A stretch of 64,000 nucleotides of DNA from positions 6,882,001 to 6,946,000 of the forward strand of contig NC_081331.1 in assembly GCF_022539665.2 (NCBI RefSeq), written 5' to 3'. The position numbers were made by a program, and so were the translations under genes. The notes below the pieces were generated by a model. The model had not been told where the DNA came from and searched no databases. It saw only the letters and a program-made list of their open reading frames with translations. Source of the DNA: Daphnia carinata. Its lineage: Eukaryota. Shown here piece after piece: positions 26,281 to 38,800 of the stretch. Numbering within the stretch: the stretch's first letter is position 1; each line of letters begins with the position of its first letter.

Positions 26281-26972
26281 TCCAAATGTAGGAGTAAAAA
26301 AACCCACACCGACAGAGGTAAATCGAGATGCAGAAGAAAATATGATCTATTAACAACGAATACGTTTTTAATACGTTTTTCCTCGGCATTCAATATTTTG
26401 AAAAGAAGTACAAACTAAATCTAAACTCCTGTTTTTTCCACCTTGCAAATAGGTATCAGCAGTCTTCTGAACTTATTATTATGGTTTGTTTAAAACAAAT
26501 CGCTTTACAAGAGGACAACCCCTTTATAGGCTCTTGTGCAATCTATTACAAACATGGGAGCAGCGATAATTTTACAGCAAATATTACCATAGAACTGAAC
26601 AGTTAACATGGGCAACGCAACGGTCCATAGCCATTGCAATACACGAACGCATTTTGTTTTTCTTAAGATATGACCGATATTATAAAATAAAATAGTAGAA
26701 CAAGGAGCTGTCGGCACAATAAAGGTAAATAAAGTTCGTATCGATGGCAAAATAAAATTGACAAAAAAAAAGAGACAAAAACACTTTTAGTCCGTTCTGT
26801 ACATAAATACGAGTTGTTATGCAGCCTTATATTTTTCTGCAGTGTTGTTTCCTTCTCCTTAAAATAATGTAGGGGACTAGTTCTTTCATTTCTCCGTAAA
26901 ACTTGTGCCGAATTCGTCAACAATTCACTGAGACATGGTTGGGTATGGTAATTTGTTAATTTTCTTTGTTGT

Positions 26973-29900
26973 TTAGAGGTTGCAAATCTTCCCGCCGTCG
27001 GAACTGCCACTGTAGGCCGCGTTTGACGTATTGAAACGTCCCACCCATCCGTTATTGCCATTGGATCCATGAAGTATAACCGATGGAGGTCCACTTGGTC
27101 GGATGCCATTCATCGCAGAGTGAAAGCCTGGCACTATACTCTGAGCGTAGCAGACGGGGTACTGTTGCTGCTGTTGTTGTTGTTGTTGTTGTTGTTGTTG
27201 TGGTTGGTGAGCTGGATGGCAGCCGAGGCTGGATGTCACACTGGATGTGCCGCCGTACGTTGAACTGGCGCTATTTCCGCCAACGCTTGGCACGGGACTC
27301 ATGACAGGTCCTCGAGAATAAGGCGCTCCTGGCTGTTAAACAAAAAAACGTTATTGACATGCGAATAGGATTAATATAACAAGAATTTACCTGGTGATAG
27401 AAATTTCCACCGTTAATGATCGGATGAACCGAAGCGCCGCTCAAATTGGTCGACCCCGTATTATTGCTCGGGCCAGTGCTCGAATGCTGTGATCCACTGT
27501 GGCTACCTATTAATGCAAACATTTATAAACTAACGATTTAAAAAAAATCAATTAAGCAATAAGAAATACTAACCTGAATGACTCCGACTAGTTAGCATGG
27601 CCCCGTTTGAAGGTGGCAAAGTGGCCGGAATCGGCGGTGGTCCTCCAATGGTGCTATTAGGAGCTCCTACTGACGCTAGTCCTTCCCACGAACGCAGCCT
27701 GTTGTGTACTTCAGTGAATGTGGGTCGTCTTAGAGGCACTTCTGACCAACACTCGACCATCAACGAGTAGATTCGTGAAGGGCATTCTGATGGACAAGAG
27801 AGTAGCTGTCTAGAACGCACCATGTCGACAACATCTTGGTTGTTATATCCATAATAGGGCTAAATAATTAAACCGCAGTGAACAACATTGAATTCCTGAG
27901 AACACAAACAATCAAAACTTTCATTTCATTACCTGTAGCGCATAACTATAAATTTCCCACAGAACAACACCGAAACTCCAGACATCCGATTCAATTGTGA
28001 ATTTGCCGTAAAGGATTGCTTCTGGGGGCATCCAGCGGACTGGCAAAAGGGATTTACCCTGGACGCGGTAGTAGTCGGACGAATAAATGTCTCGTGATAG
28101 ACCGAAATCCGATATCTTGACGATTAGGTTGTCACTGATTAAACAGTTTCTGGCTGCTAAATCACGATGGACGTAGTGGTGGCTAGCCAAATACTCCATT
28201 CCTAAAAAATAAGATTTTGCGTGTTTTTCAATTATATTCCAACATACCATATGAGAGAATGGCAAATGTATACCTGCAGCGATTTGAATTGCAATGTAAA
28301 GGAAATCCGATTGCTCCAGCGTACTTGTTGTTCCGTCATCACTTCCAGGACCGATTCCGGAGACCGACCCATCCCCAGCCGGGGAGTGAGCCACAAGAAA
28401 TTCATGTAAATCTCCCTATAATTCAAACATAACACTGCTTTACTGAAAATGAAACTTTAAGTGGAATAAAAACAAGTTTTACCTGTGCCATATATTCAAA
28501 AAGCATGCATTGCGGTTGATCGCGCGTTACGACGCCTAGCAAACATACCTGGAAGATTTCATACGTAATTTTTTAATCGTTCAAAAAGAAGTCAATTAAG
28601 TAGTTTGTTAAATATTTACAATATTGGGATGACGCAATTCAGACATAAGTTCCACTTCCCGACGAAAGTCTTGCTGAGTTTTGACCGAAGCATTGGCTTT
28701 TAGAGTCTTGATCGCAATGGGCATTACACTGCCTGGACTTATGAGGTGATCATTAACATAGCCACGGTGAGACGATCCCCCCTCGCTGTGCATCAATTCC
28801 CCTTTATAAACCTGAATTCAGCAAAGGTAAACAATCAGTAATGAAAATAAAAACGAAATGCAATCAATCTTTTACTTTGCCGAACGCTCCTTCGCCGAGG
28901 TCGTGTTGAAATCGGACAGCGTGTAAGGAAATTTCTGGTACGTGAATGCGGCTAGGAGTGGATTGGCCTTGCAACGTTGACACCATGCTGTTGTTGCTGG
29001 GCGGCAAGAGCGCATTCATTTCCATTTGCTGATTAGACTGCCCACCAACGCCGGCCAGGCGGGCCATGTTGGAACCGGCTCCATTGGGGATGGGAGCGCC
29101 GCAACTGTAAGGACCTTTGATCATCACTGACGAATTTTTCGCTTTGCATTTCGACCGACGGACGCAGCAAACGACAAGAATGACGATAAGCAGTATTCCG
29201 ACTGCAGCGGCCGGGACAATGATGTATAGCCAGTTGATGTCGTAGCCGGCGGCTGTTGAATATTACGCGCATAAATTCATACAAATTAATACGGAGAGAG
29301 AAAAAAATTAATTTGGATAGTGTCTTACAGCATTTCGACAAGGAACAGAATTCTCTACGTGGCCGGGAGTTTGGTCCGTCCACACCAGCAACGAAACACC
29401 ACGGCTGGATCTCAGCACCGCCCGGGTTGCGACAATAGTTATGGCCACCGATTAATTCAGGATGGTCGGCTGTTTTGACTGCCATCTGGCTGTTCCATGG
29501 CAGGCATTCATGTTTGCTAGTTGTACGACTGGCTATTCCACGGTAGTCGCGCCCATCCTCGTTGTAGCAGCTTTGCTCTAAAAGAGTGCATATCAATGTA
29601 ACGTCCACCGTCCTCTAATTTCGTACGTATTGTGTGCTAAAACTATTCGAACCTTCTACAATCTGCGCCATATGCGGAATGCCAATGCGAAAACATGTGT
29701 CACTTCCTTTGGATCCGATCGGGGGCAGCTTTTCGCAATCAGGAAGCATGACCTGCATCAACGGATTCGTGAAGAAAACAATCATTTACGATGTTGGTAA
29801 GAAATACATAGCATGAAAAAAAAGGGGCATTCCAATAACAAGCCCATGAAAAGCTGTTAATTATTGCGACAAGCTACATATTTAGCCATTGGAAACTTGG

Positions 29901-32900
29901 TCTTCCGCGTTTAGTTAATAAGTAGAATTTGGACAGTGGAAAGCAGTGTTACCTGTTCTCCAATAAGCGGATGCTGCTTGGCCACAGCGTACTCCATTCG
30001 GCAGATATCGTTCTCTAAAACCTCGCATTCATCACGGCAAAGCTGACGTGGTACTGGTTTACCACCTTGATCATCGCATAGTGGGAATGCAGCAAAGCAA
30101 AGCGATGGTACTGCGAATTCAGCACAGCTTTGAGATAGATCCCTGTTTGATTGTTTTCAAAAGAATTTTTAAATGACAGGTTGAATTCGGTGTTGATTTT
30201 CGTGTAGAAAGGCGAGGAAACGTGTCTCGTTCTTACCCCGAATGAGCGATGACGGTGAAAGCGGCGGCCAATTTCTCCTCGACGATGCCTTGCGTCAGCG
30301 ACGATTGGACGAAAATGGTGCGATTGGCCAGGAACTTGGAGCAGGTCGAGCCGCGATACACCTGACAAAATCCTTCGAGCGGAGCTTGTCCTGTTCAATT
30401 GAACAAATTTCCAGTTGATGAAATTGAATTTAAACAGACAGGACAATGCTATCTCGATTGTCTTGTCTGATTTTGTTATTAAAAACCAGATTCTCTTGGG
30501 CGGGAATCTTAGATTTAAAAATGGGTGTAAATGCTTACCGTGTCCGACATTGGTGCGCGGCAGAGATCCCGGCATGGATGGGAACGAGTTGGGATGATCG
30601 ACATCGTCGTCGCCCTCATGGCCGTCTCCGTGATCGTCGTCCTCGTCTTCATCTTCGTGACCAATCTTCGGGTGAAACTCCTTATTCGGCTGGAAATCTT
30701 TTGGGAGTAGCAGTTTAGGATCTTTGGGTACGAAATCCTTGGGCAGGCCGGGCAAACTGTGGAAGACGAATACACATTCAAACTTGAGTTTTCTCTTCAC
30801 ATTCCCTTCTTTTATATTTTTTTACTGTGGCGATTCTTATAAATATATATAACAACGAACGAGATGATGGGGTGTGCATGGGGAATAGTCTATGACGAGC
30901 CGAGATGGCGCGCAAGATAACCGGACAGACCTTATACAGGGGGAGGAAATCGTCCCCTGCAAGTCGGACCGGCCAATGTTCTTTTTTACTTCCTCTTCTC
31001 CCGTTCATCGCCTCCTTGACTTCCTCCCCCGTTTTGGACCGCCGTTGCTGCTGAAAGCCTCGGCCATTTCCGCTCGTATCTCAACAAACAAGAGCCGTAT
31101 ATAGCAGCCTCTTCGTACTTATCTCTCTGATGTTCTTGTTTCTTTTCTATCCTTTTCTTTTTTACGAGACAGGCGGCCGAATGTAAAGCAGCAGTTCGTT
31201 GCAACATTATAGCCTTACTCTGTGTGTCTAAGAAATACAACAATGAAAGCTTCCGGCCTAATGCTCTGTTAACGTCTTTCAATTGTCGAAGAGGACTGGG
31301 TGTCATCGACTCACAATGAGGAACCTTTTTGGTTGAGTCCCTATGGTGAAATCAGTGCCTATTCCTAGGTCTGAAAGTGGAGAAGGGACCAATGGAGTCC
31401 AGTTTTTCTTAGGCTGGCTCTGTCGCTGCAGCATCGCAAAAAAAGGAGGGAAGAAGAGTTTGAAATGGGTAACAAGAAAAGTGAAGTACGCAGAGGGAAA
31501 ACATGCAGAGGCTAACTACTTTCTCCGGGGAGGATGTATACACGTGGCGAATGATATGGAAAAAAAAAGTAGGGGAAAAGAAATAAGTTAAAGAATATGC
31601 GTAAAAGGAAGAGAAAGAAATAGACCTACGCGCACAGTTTATATGGAAAAAAAGGGGGAATTATGCACGTCAGATATCAGAGGAATAAGACGACTGTTGA
31701 CGCTCGGTCGCATTCCGATTCGATTTGATGATGCGTGAATCGACGTTCGGCGGTCGGCATGTCGTCTTCTTCAACAGATAACTATATTTTATTTTATTTT
31801 ATTTTTCTATTTCCTTGTCTGTCGGGTCTCCGCGCTTTTTTTTTCGCTCCAAAGTGGAGGAAAAGGGGGAATCAGATGAGATTCTAAGGAAGTATATACA
31901 GCTCTTTGCCTCTAACCAACGACTGCGACTCCCTTCAATTGAAAATCAAGTTTGCTGGAAGACGTCCAACCAAACTGCCAACTATAAGGGTGGATTTTTG
32001 AGTTCTTATTCAGTTCGCTCTATTGGATGCGTGCATGTTGCATTCAAAAAAGGGGTTTCAACTCGCTTTTGTAAACGCATTTTCTTTCCTCTAAATGAGC
32101 GTACATATCGATGTCTTTTGGCCATAATGTAGCCATCGACATCGTTCTCACGCAGCGCTTGGACGACACTACATTGTTTAAAATTTCGATTTTCCTCCAG
32201 ATGAATTCATCGAATATTATAATCGTCGCTTAGAGGCTAAATATTATAATGAACTTACTTGACAGGAACACCTCCAAAGGACGGGAAGGATGGCTGCTGG
32301 AAATTGGTGCCAGGTGGAACTGGACCTGATTGGCCGACTGGCGCGCCTGTTGGTGTGATTATTAGGAAATAGTTGATCATTAATTGTGGGTGAGGCAATC
32401 TTTCGTCCAATAATACATTTATCTATGCATCGAAATCAAGCTTACCCATGCGAACGATGACGATCCCGGTGGAATCAACACGATCGACGCCATTGGAAGC
32501 TTCGCATTTATAGTAGCCAGTATCGTGCGTGTCGACATCGGAGATGCGTAGTCGACTGCCGTGGATGGACGACCCCGTACGGTACTTTCTGACCACAACA
32601 CGACCTTTCTCCTCCAAAACTGGCGCTTCGTTTTTATACCAGCGGAAGCGGTTTGGTGGCGGGTCGCCTGACACCTCGCACCGCAGTTTGACACTTTCGC
32701 CGCTCTCACGCGTTATGTTGCCCAACGCTTTCAACATCCGCAGAGTACCTGTACCATTTGGGAAAAAGAAACAAAAATTGCGGCAACGTTAAATCGTTGT
32801 TTCAAAAAAAATAAAGCGGCACATTTAAATGAAAATGAAAAGATAAAAATGGCTTTTAAAAGAGTCTAAAGCAACTTGAGAATACATTTGTTTTTGGAAA

Positions 32901-35882
32901 CAAACCACTTTTCGTAACGCCCACAGGTTATACAGTTGAAGGATTTGACTGTCTAATCAGTCGCTTAAGGTTTTGAGAAACGGCTATCTGCCTTTTATGA
33001 TCTCTTCTGAATAAAAAAGAAACCGAGATTTCAAGCTTTGTCTCGCCATAAAGAGTTGTTCTTTTTTTTTAAGCCAAAAACTTGGTTCACTAACAACAAC
33101 AAAAATTTGCGAGCACGGCTGCACGCCTTTTCCTAACTTTACTTTGCTAATGGATGGCTCACGTCTTTTGTTTCGTTCCTCTTTTTTTTTAATATAAAGC
33201 TATTCACGCGACTACGAGATCCATAAACACACGTAAAATATGCGTAAAGAAAAACAAGTACACCTGGGCGATTACGTTTACCAGTGTTCATTTGCATCCC
33301 GTTCCGAACAAGGAAAACGATCTTAGCATCGTTATTATTATTATTTTTTTTTTTTCAAGATAAAAGGAGTCGACCGTTCATCGCCACATGACTGGCCGTC
33401 GTTCAGCCTCGAACATTACCGTCAAAATGAATCAAAAGAAAAATGATGCCGGAATAGTGGGGATGCTTTAGGGACGCAGTGCCACGCGAAGGGCAAATCG
33501 ATTTGCACGAAAGAAGAAAAAATAAAAACGAGAGCAAAGGAACCGTTCAAAAAGAATATGAAATGGAGAAACCATTGCACGAGGGCGAAGCAGAAAAGAA
33601 GAGGGAAAAAAAAAGTTCAACTAGGTCGTAAACTTGTGCGATAAAGAGAGTTGGACAAGGCGAACGAAACGTCGAGCATAATAGTCGGTTATAACCTCCA
33701 TCGATTTTTTCTTTGACTTGATAGACACTCAACAATATCAAACCTCATTGGTCTGTTTGCGTTCTGATCTCCCCCCACGCGTTTCCCTCTTTTATTTTTT
33801 ATTCCTCTAACCGTCTAAGGTTTATTTCTTTATTTTTTAACTCAATTACTCGTGTTTTTCCTCGAAACTTTTGTTTGAAACAGGGAAAATTGAAGATTGC
33901 ATTAAAAGAGGTCAAATGCTTCAGTGACGAGTTGACGACGTTGAGTAAACGCTTTCTATCGTGCTTGACATTGCCAACTCAGCTGGCACAGAACCTTATC
34001 CGTGATGTGTATACAACTGAAAAAGGAAAAAAATATAAAAAAAGAAATTGCTTGGAAGAACGCACGACTACAGCCAAACACAACACAACGCTAAAGGTAG
34101 ATAGAAGAAGATGGAGGAGGGAAAAAGCCAAAAGAAACACAAAAGCTGTAAATGCGATTTAGCCGAGTGGAATGGGCGTCGGTACCAAACGGAAACAACG
34201 GGCAGACCCGCCGCAGCGAAACACGTTTATCCACAACTTAGCGCAATGGTCGTGGCCGCCAACGGGCGATGACACCGAACGGACTTGAACGACGCCTTTC
34301 AGTTTTCATCGCCTTTTAGAAAATGTTATCTAATCAGTCAGCTCACCCGATTTCCTTTTACTTTTTTTTCATTTAACTACCTTCTTTTTCAGCTGACAAA
34401 AAGTGCTTTGCAGTGAGAGAAGATTGGCGCTTTAATTGCGCCAGTTTGTGCGCCGTTTTGAACGAGGAAAAGGAGAAAGACTTTAAGATTAAATAAATCG
34501 TCGCTATCTTTCCCTCCGTTGCATAGTATAGTGTCGTAGAAATGTAACGGAAATCCAAAAGCGCATCGCCCAAAACGACGCTCCTCTTTTTACCTCAACT
34601 GCCACTATCTCTTTGACGAACATGACACTTCCATTTCATTTAACGACGATCTACCGTTCACTTTTCGTTCGATCACGCGCTAAAGGGCCGAGGAAAGAGC
34701 GCGAGTCCCGAAATGCTTGCTGCACTCCATTTGGTGAGGATAAAAGCGCAACTGAGTTCGTGTACGAATCGAGCTGATCTTGATGGAAGAAAATGGGCTC
34801 CGTGACCGATGGTAAGCAGCTCCTTGAGATACGAAGCGGAGCATTGGCCACTCACGACACTCTTTTCCGCTTACGTGAGCCACCTGCCATCGTCCTGGAG
34901 CTATACATATCCATCTCTTCCATCATGATGCATCGCAACACTTTAGAGGGGGGTAAGGAAAAATAAAAAAAGAGGCCTTCTAAACTGACTTCATTGTCGA
35001 CACGCGAATCACGATCGTAATAAAAAAGAATAAACTTAGAGCGCACACAAAGTAGATACCTCTATTATTTACATTTAGATTTCTTGAGGCTATCGTGCAG
35101 CCAATGCGATCCTTAATAATTGGTTGTGATTTTGAATAATTTACCTGGTTTGCCAGATGGCGTTTCGGTCGTCGAACTACTAGCCAGCGGTCTCGCACTC
35201 GTGCTCCTGGGTTCCAGACAAAAAGAAATTATTAAAACCCATACGATAGGCAAGCGGTTACACGTACGAATGAATATCAAGTATTGATAAAAGGGAGAAG
35301 ACGGGCTTAGTAGCGCATTGGCTGCCAGAATCGATGAGTTGATCGATTGTTATCATCGTAAATAGGAGAACAGCTACCATAGGTGGACAAGTTGATAAAA
35401 AAAAAAACGGAACGCGATCAATACCATGTAGGCTATACAACGCAGAGACTCGCGTATACGGTACATCGACTATATGTAACCAAATATATCATGACGGCTG
35501 CATCTACTTGAAATGTTAGGCCTATGCATCGTATTTTTATAGGTCTGTCTGTGTTTTCCTTTCATGTGGTAATGGTCAATGGTAAATATTTACTGTTTAT
35601 GTACATTGTAATATCCATAGAAAGCGCATAGGGGGGTGGGGGAAAACGGTACACACAGAATGGAAAGGTATAAAAACAAAATATTTAAAAAAACGTTTCG
35701 GGGAACAAGAAAAAGGAAAAACTTTAGTGTCGAACGAAGAGCATACCTTGTCGAGTTGGCGGAGGCGCCCGTCTTGGGATTGCCGTCGTAATCGTAGCTG
35801 CCTTCGTAGTCGTAATCCTCGACAGCCGGCGCTCCCCCCGCCGACGAATCCGAATGGCCCGGCACTAAACCGTGCGCCCACA
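26973..35882 (-). CDS. Ror: Receptor tyrosine kinase-like orphan receptor Ror (Ig - Frizzled CRD - Kringle - TM - tyrosine kinase - S/T/P/Q-rich tail), 5'-incomplete, more than 1100 aa
   Basis: 17 exons with consistent phases: 35882-35747, 35206-35145, 32748-32446 (Ig: [27 protein letters not shown]), 32346-32259, 30756-30539, 30390-30237, 30142-29953, 29752-29653 (CRD), 29577-29329 (Kringle: [24 protein letters not shown]), 29252-28876 ([32 protein letters not shown]), 28811-28620, 28548-28483, 28415-28274, 28201-27933 ([33 protein letters not shown]), 27859-27574, 27506-27391 and 27332-26973. The two most 5' exons are less certain. Confidence 0.93.
27162..27200 (-). repeat. (CAA/CAG)13 coding microsatellite, polyQ in the Ror C-terminal tail
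   Basis: Directly visible; translates as [17 protein letters not shown]. Confidence 0.9.
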
Positions 35883-38800
35883 CTGTTTGTGTTGCGTGTG
35901 TGTTCATCAACGATAACAGCACACGCGGAGCCCGTTGTGTAGTAGAAGGAGATGAGACGCGTTTGCAGGCATCAACAGTAACGCCATGTCGGTTGGATCC
36001 CAGTAGAAGAACAAACGCAAACAAAAAAGAGAAAAACAAAAAGAAGTTTAGTTTTCGAGTCGGTCATTTCAGAGGACGAAACATGGTCGTCCATCCTCAT
36101 ACATCTATTGTTACGCGACGACTTATACTACGCATCGCGTATATAGTACTCTATACAATAATGGCATTACGGGGGGATAGAAAAAAGAAAAAAGAGAGCG
36201 AGGAAAAGAGAGAGATATATACTTTGTACGGTCGTGTATACTCTACGAGTATATAGGTTTGCTAATAAAAATCCTGAATCCCCTGGTCGGGGTACCCATA
36301 GGCGGCCACGGCCATTAAGCCCCGACTGTAAAGCATCCAATTAAAAGTCGAATAGGTCTTCATCCCGAACGCACGAAGCAAAACGAATAAAAAAAACAAA
36401 AAACAAAAAATGGCCCAGCTCGGCGCCATGTATGGCCTAATGTGATGTGCACGGCTCGAGCCCTGCATTCGAGATAGGCCATTAAGTTGATTGATTCGAT
36501 TTTTTCTTTTGCCTCTTCTTTTTCGGTTGTCTCTTTCACTCCTTCTTTTCATTTCGCGTCGTGATGCTGATGCATTTACAGCTATAAAAACTGACGGAGG
36601 CAAAGATGACGTTGTTCAATTCTTCGCCAACGCAAAAGTCCTTCAAAAGTAGGACGTCAGCCTCTGTAAGGACATCAGCCGCCCGAGCGGAAAATGTTGA
36701 ATCGATGGTGGAATAATTCCCGGCCTACGTTTTTTTCTTTTTTTTTATAACAAGTCTCGGGAGGCTAACGAAATCGGCGTCATAACGTGACTGAACCCCT
36801 CTGGTCCCTTTTTTGCTATAAAATCGTACGTACAGGGAAAAGAGAGGAAAGCAAATGGCCACGGCCAGTCCTCGGTGTATTACGTGTCTTTTTCTATACG
36901 CACAAAAAAACAGCACGGCAACTGAGTACATTGTGTATAGTAAACCTATATACATGTGCGACGGACATGTCACGCTGTGACGAAAGGTGGGGTTTGCATT
37001 GGCCGCTTCGGGAGGCAATAATGGTCGAACCCAAAGTCACGCCAGCCAGTTCCTCTTCCCGTCCACTATTATTTCTTTTTACCCTCTCTGTACTGGATAC
37101 ATGCATATAAGAACACTATACTTCTGTAGGTCGTGCACGACTAAACAGTTCTACACAGTGGACGTAATGGCCGGGACAAGCTCGTTATTACGTTCCGTCT
37201 ATATCGCGTTATGACAGCCAGAACTATACTTGTGTATGCACTAGCGACCTCGATGTCCTCCATATAGCATCACATATATTTTCTCTATATATAACAAAGG
37301 CGTTGTGTGTGTGTGTTAGATGTATTTTCTTCCGGTATTGATTGGACTAGCCGAGGAAGTTGATATGGACGACGCGTGAATGATATTCCTGTAGCAACCT
37401 GATTGGATAGAGCACGTCAACCGTGAATCCAATCCACCGGTTTTTTCTTTTTGGCCTCTTTCTCCCCCCTCCTTCTTTGTCTCTCGTAACGCGTTACGCC
37501 GATGCGGATAACATCGGAAATATACTCGACGCATTAATAGCCAAAACGATGTGGACGCAAAAAATAAAAAAAAAGAAGAGATTGGCAAGATGTAGGGGGT
37601 TGCCATAGTAAAGGAAAGGATCTGTAAGGCCGGACTGCACATGTTCGTAGCGGATTTAGTTCTTTCGGATTGGGTTTTATTAAGCAGCTTGCTTGATTGA
37701 ATCTCTACGTCCACACGACAAGGCAACACGACAAGCGACGGTAAAGGCTATATGAAAGAAGTTGTACGAGAACACAAGACCCAACCCATTCATTCCTGAA
37801 TTGATTGCGGTCGTCGGCTCTACTTTCCTCTATTTGCTTCCATCTCACATTTACTGACAAAGCGGAGAAACGCTTTGATCTCAATATGAAGCGTGCGTCT
37901 GCTAAAAAAAGAGGGGGATATGTCATCCGTCCAAATTCATTACAAGCAAACCGGTTTAGGCCCACTAAATACAAAATAGTTTTTTAAAAAATGAATGCGC
38001 AAGGACGAAAAGAAAGAGATAAAAGGTTAAGTTCCCCTTTGTTTCCTCTTCGTTCAATTTGACTGACTTCCTGTGGTTATAGTCGGATATGATTCAATTC
38101 TATTGATTCAAGTGATGATGTGCATCCGCAGCCGGGCACCAAAAAAAAAAAGCCAACCTCACGTCAAAAGCACAGTCATCCATCTTCGTGCATCATCCCA
38201 TCGGATGCGAGGAGAGAAAAGACAACATGTCGGTGTTTGTGTCCCTCCTTTTGCGAGTGCATCACTCGACCGGAGACATCTGTCGCCACCAACCGATGCT
38301 TCCTTTAAGAATGAAAAAAAAATAAAAATGGCTCACAAAATTCTAACGTGAAGGCGAGAGGGCGGAAACTGTGAACAAGCGTCAAGAGGCTGCTCTCAAT
38401 TTGCCTACACGTACGCGAGGAAGCTGCGTGTTTGCATTCTCGCCATTGATTCTTGGACATTCTTTTCTCTCAGGGCCCTGAACGAAAAAAAAGATGGAAC
38501 GCGCTAAGACAGCGGTTGGGGGCCCCAACGGTTGGAGACATGTTGGCTCTCCTAATTGGCTCAGAAATATTGTAATAATCTCGCAAGAAGAGGGGGGGGG
38601 ACCCAAGCGTTGTAACAGCGGGCTGACGTCTCTCTTTTCCTCCGCTCGCTCGCTCACTCAATAATATTCATAAAAACGTCCCGCGGGATCGCGGCTTACG
38701 CGTCTCGTCAGTTCTAACATTCCGCCGGCAGTGCGTGCCTTCCTCTTGGCTTTTTTTTTAAATTTATTTATTTTATTATTTTAAAACTTTCATGTCTCTT

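Noticed and set aside
28543..28551. Acceptor immediately followed by GTATGT (recursive-splice-like AG|GT) in Ror
   Set aside because: GTA TGT encodes the conserved Val-Cys of HPNIVCLLGV, and the flanking introns are only about 70 nt, so recursive splicing is unnecessary.
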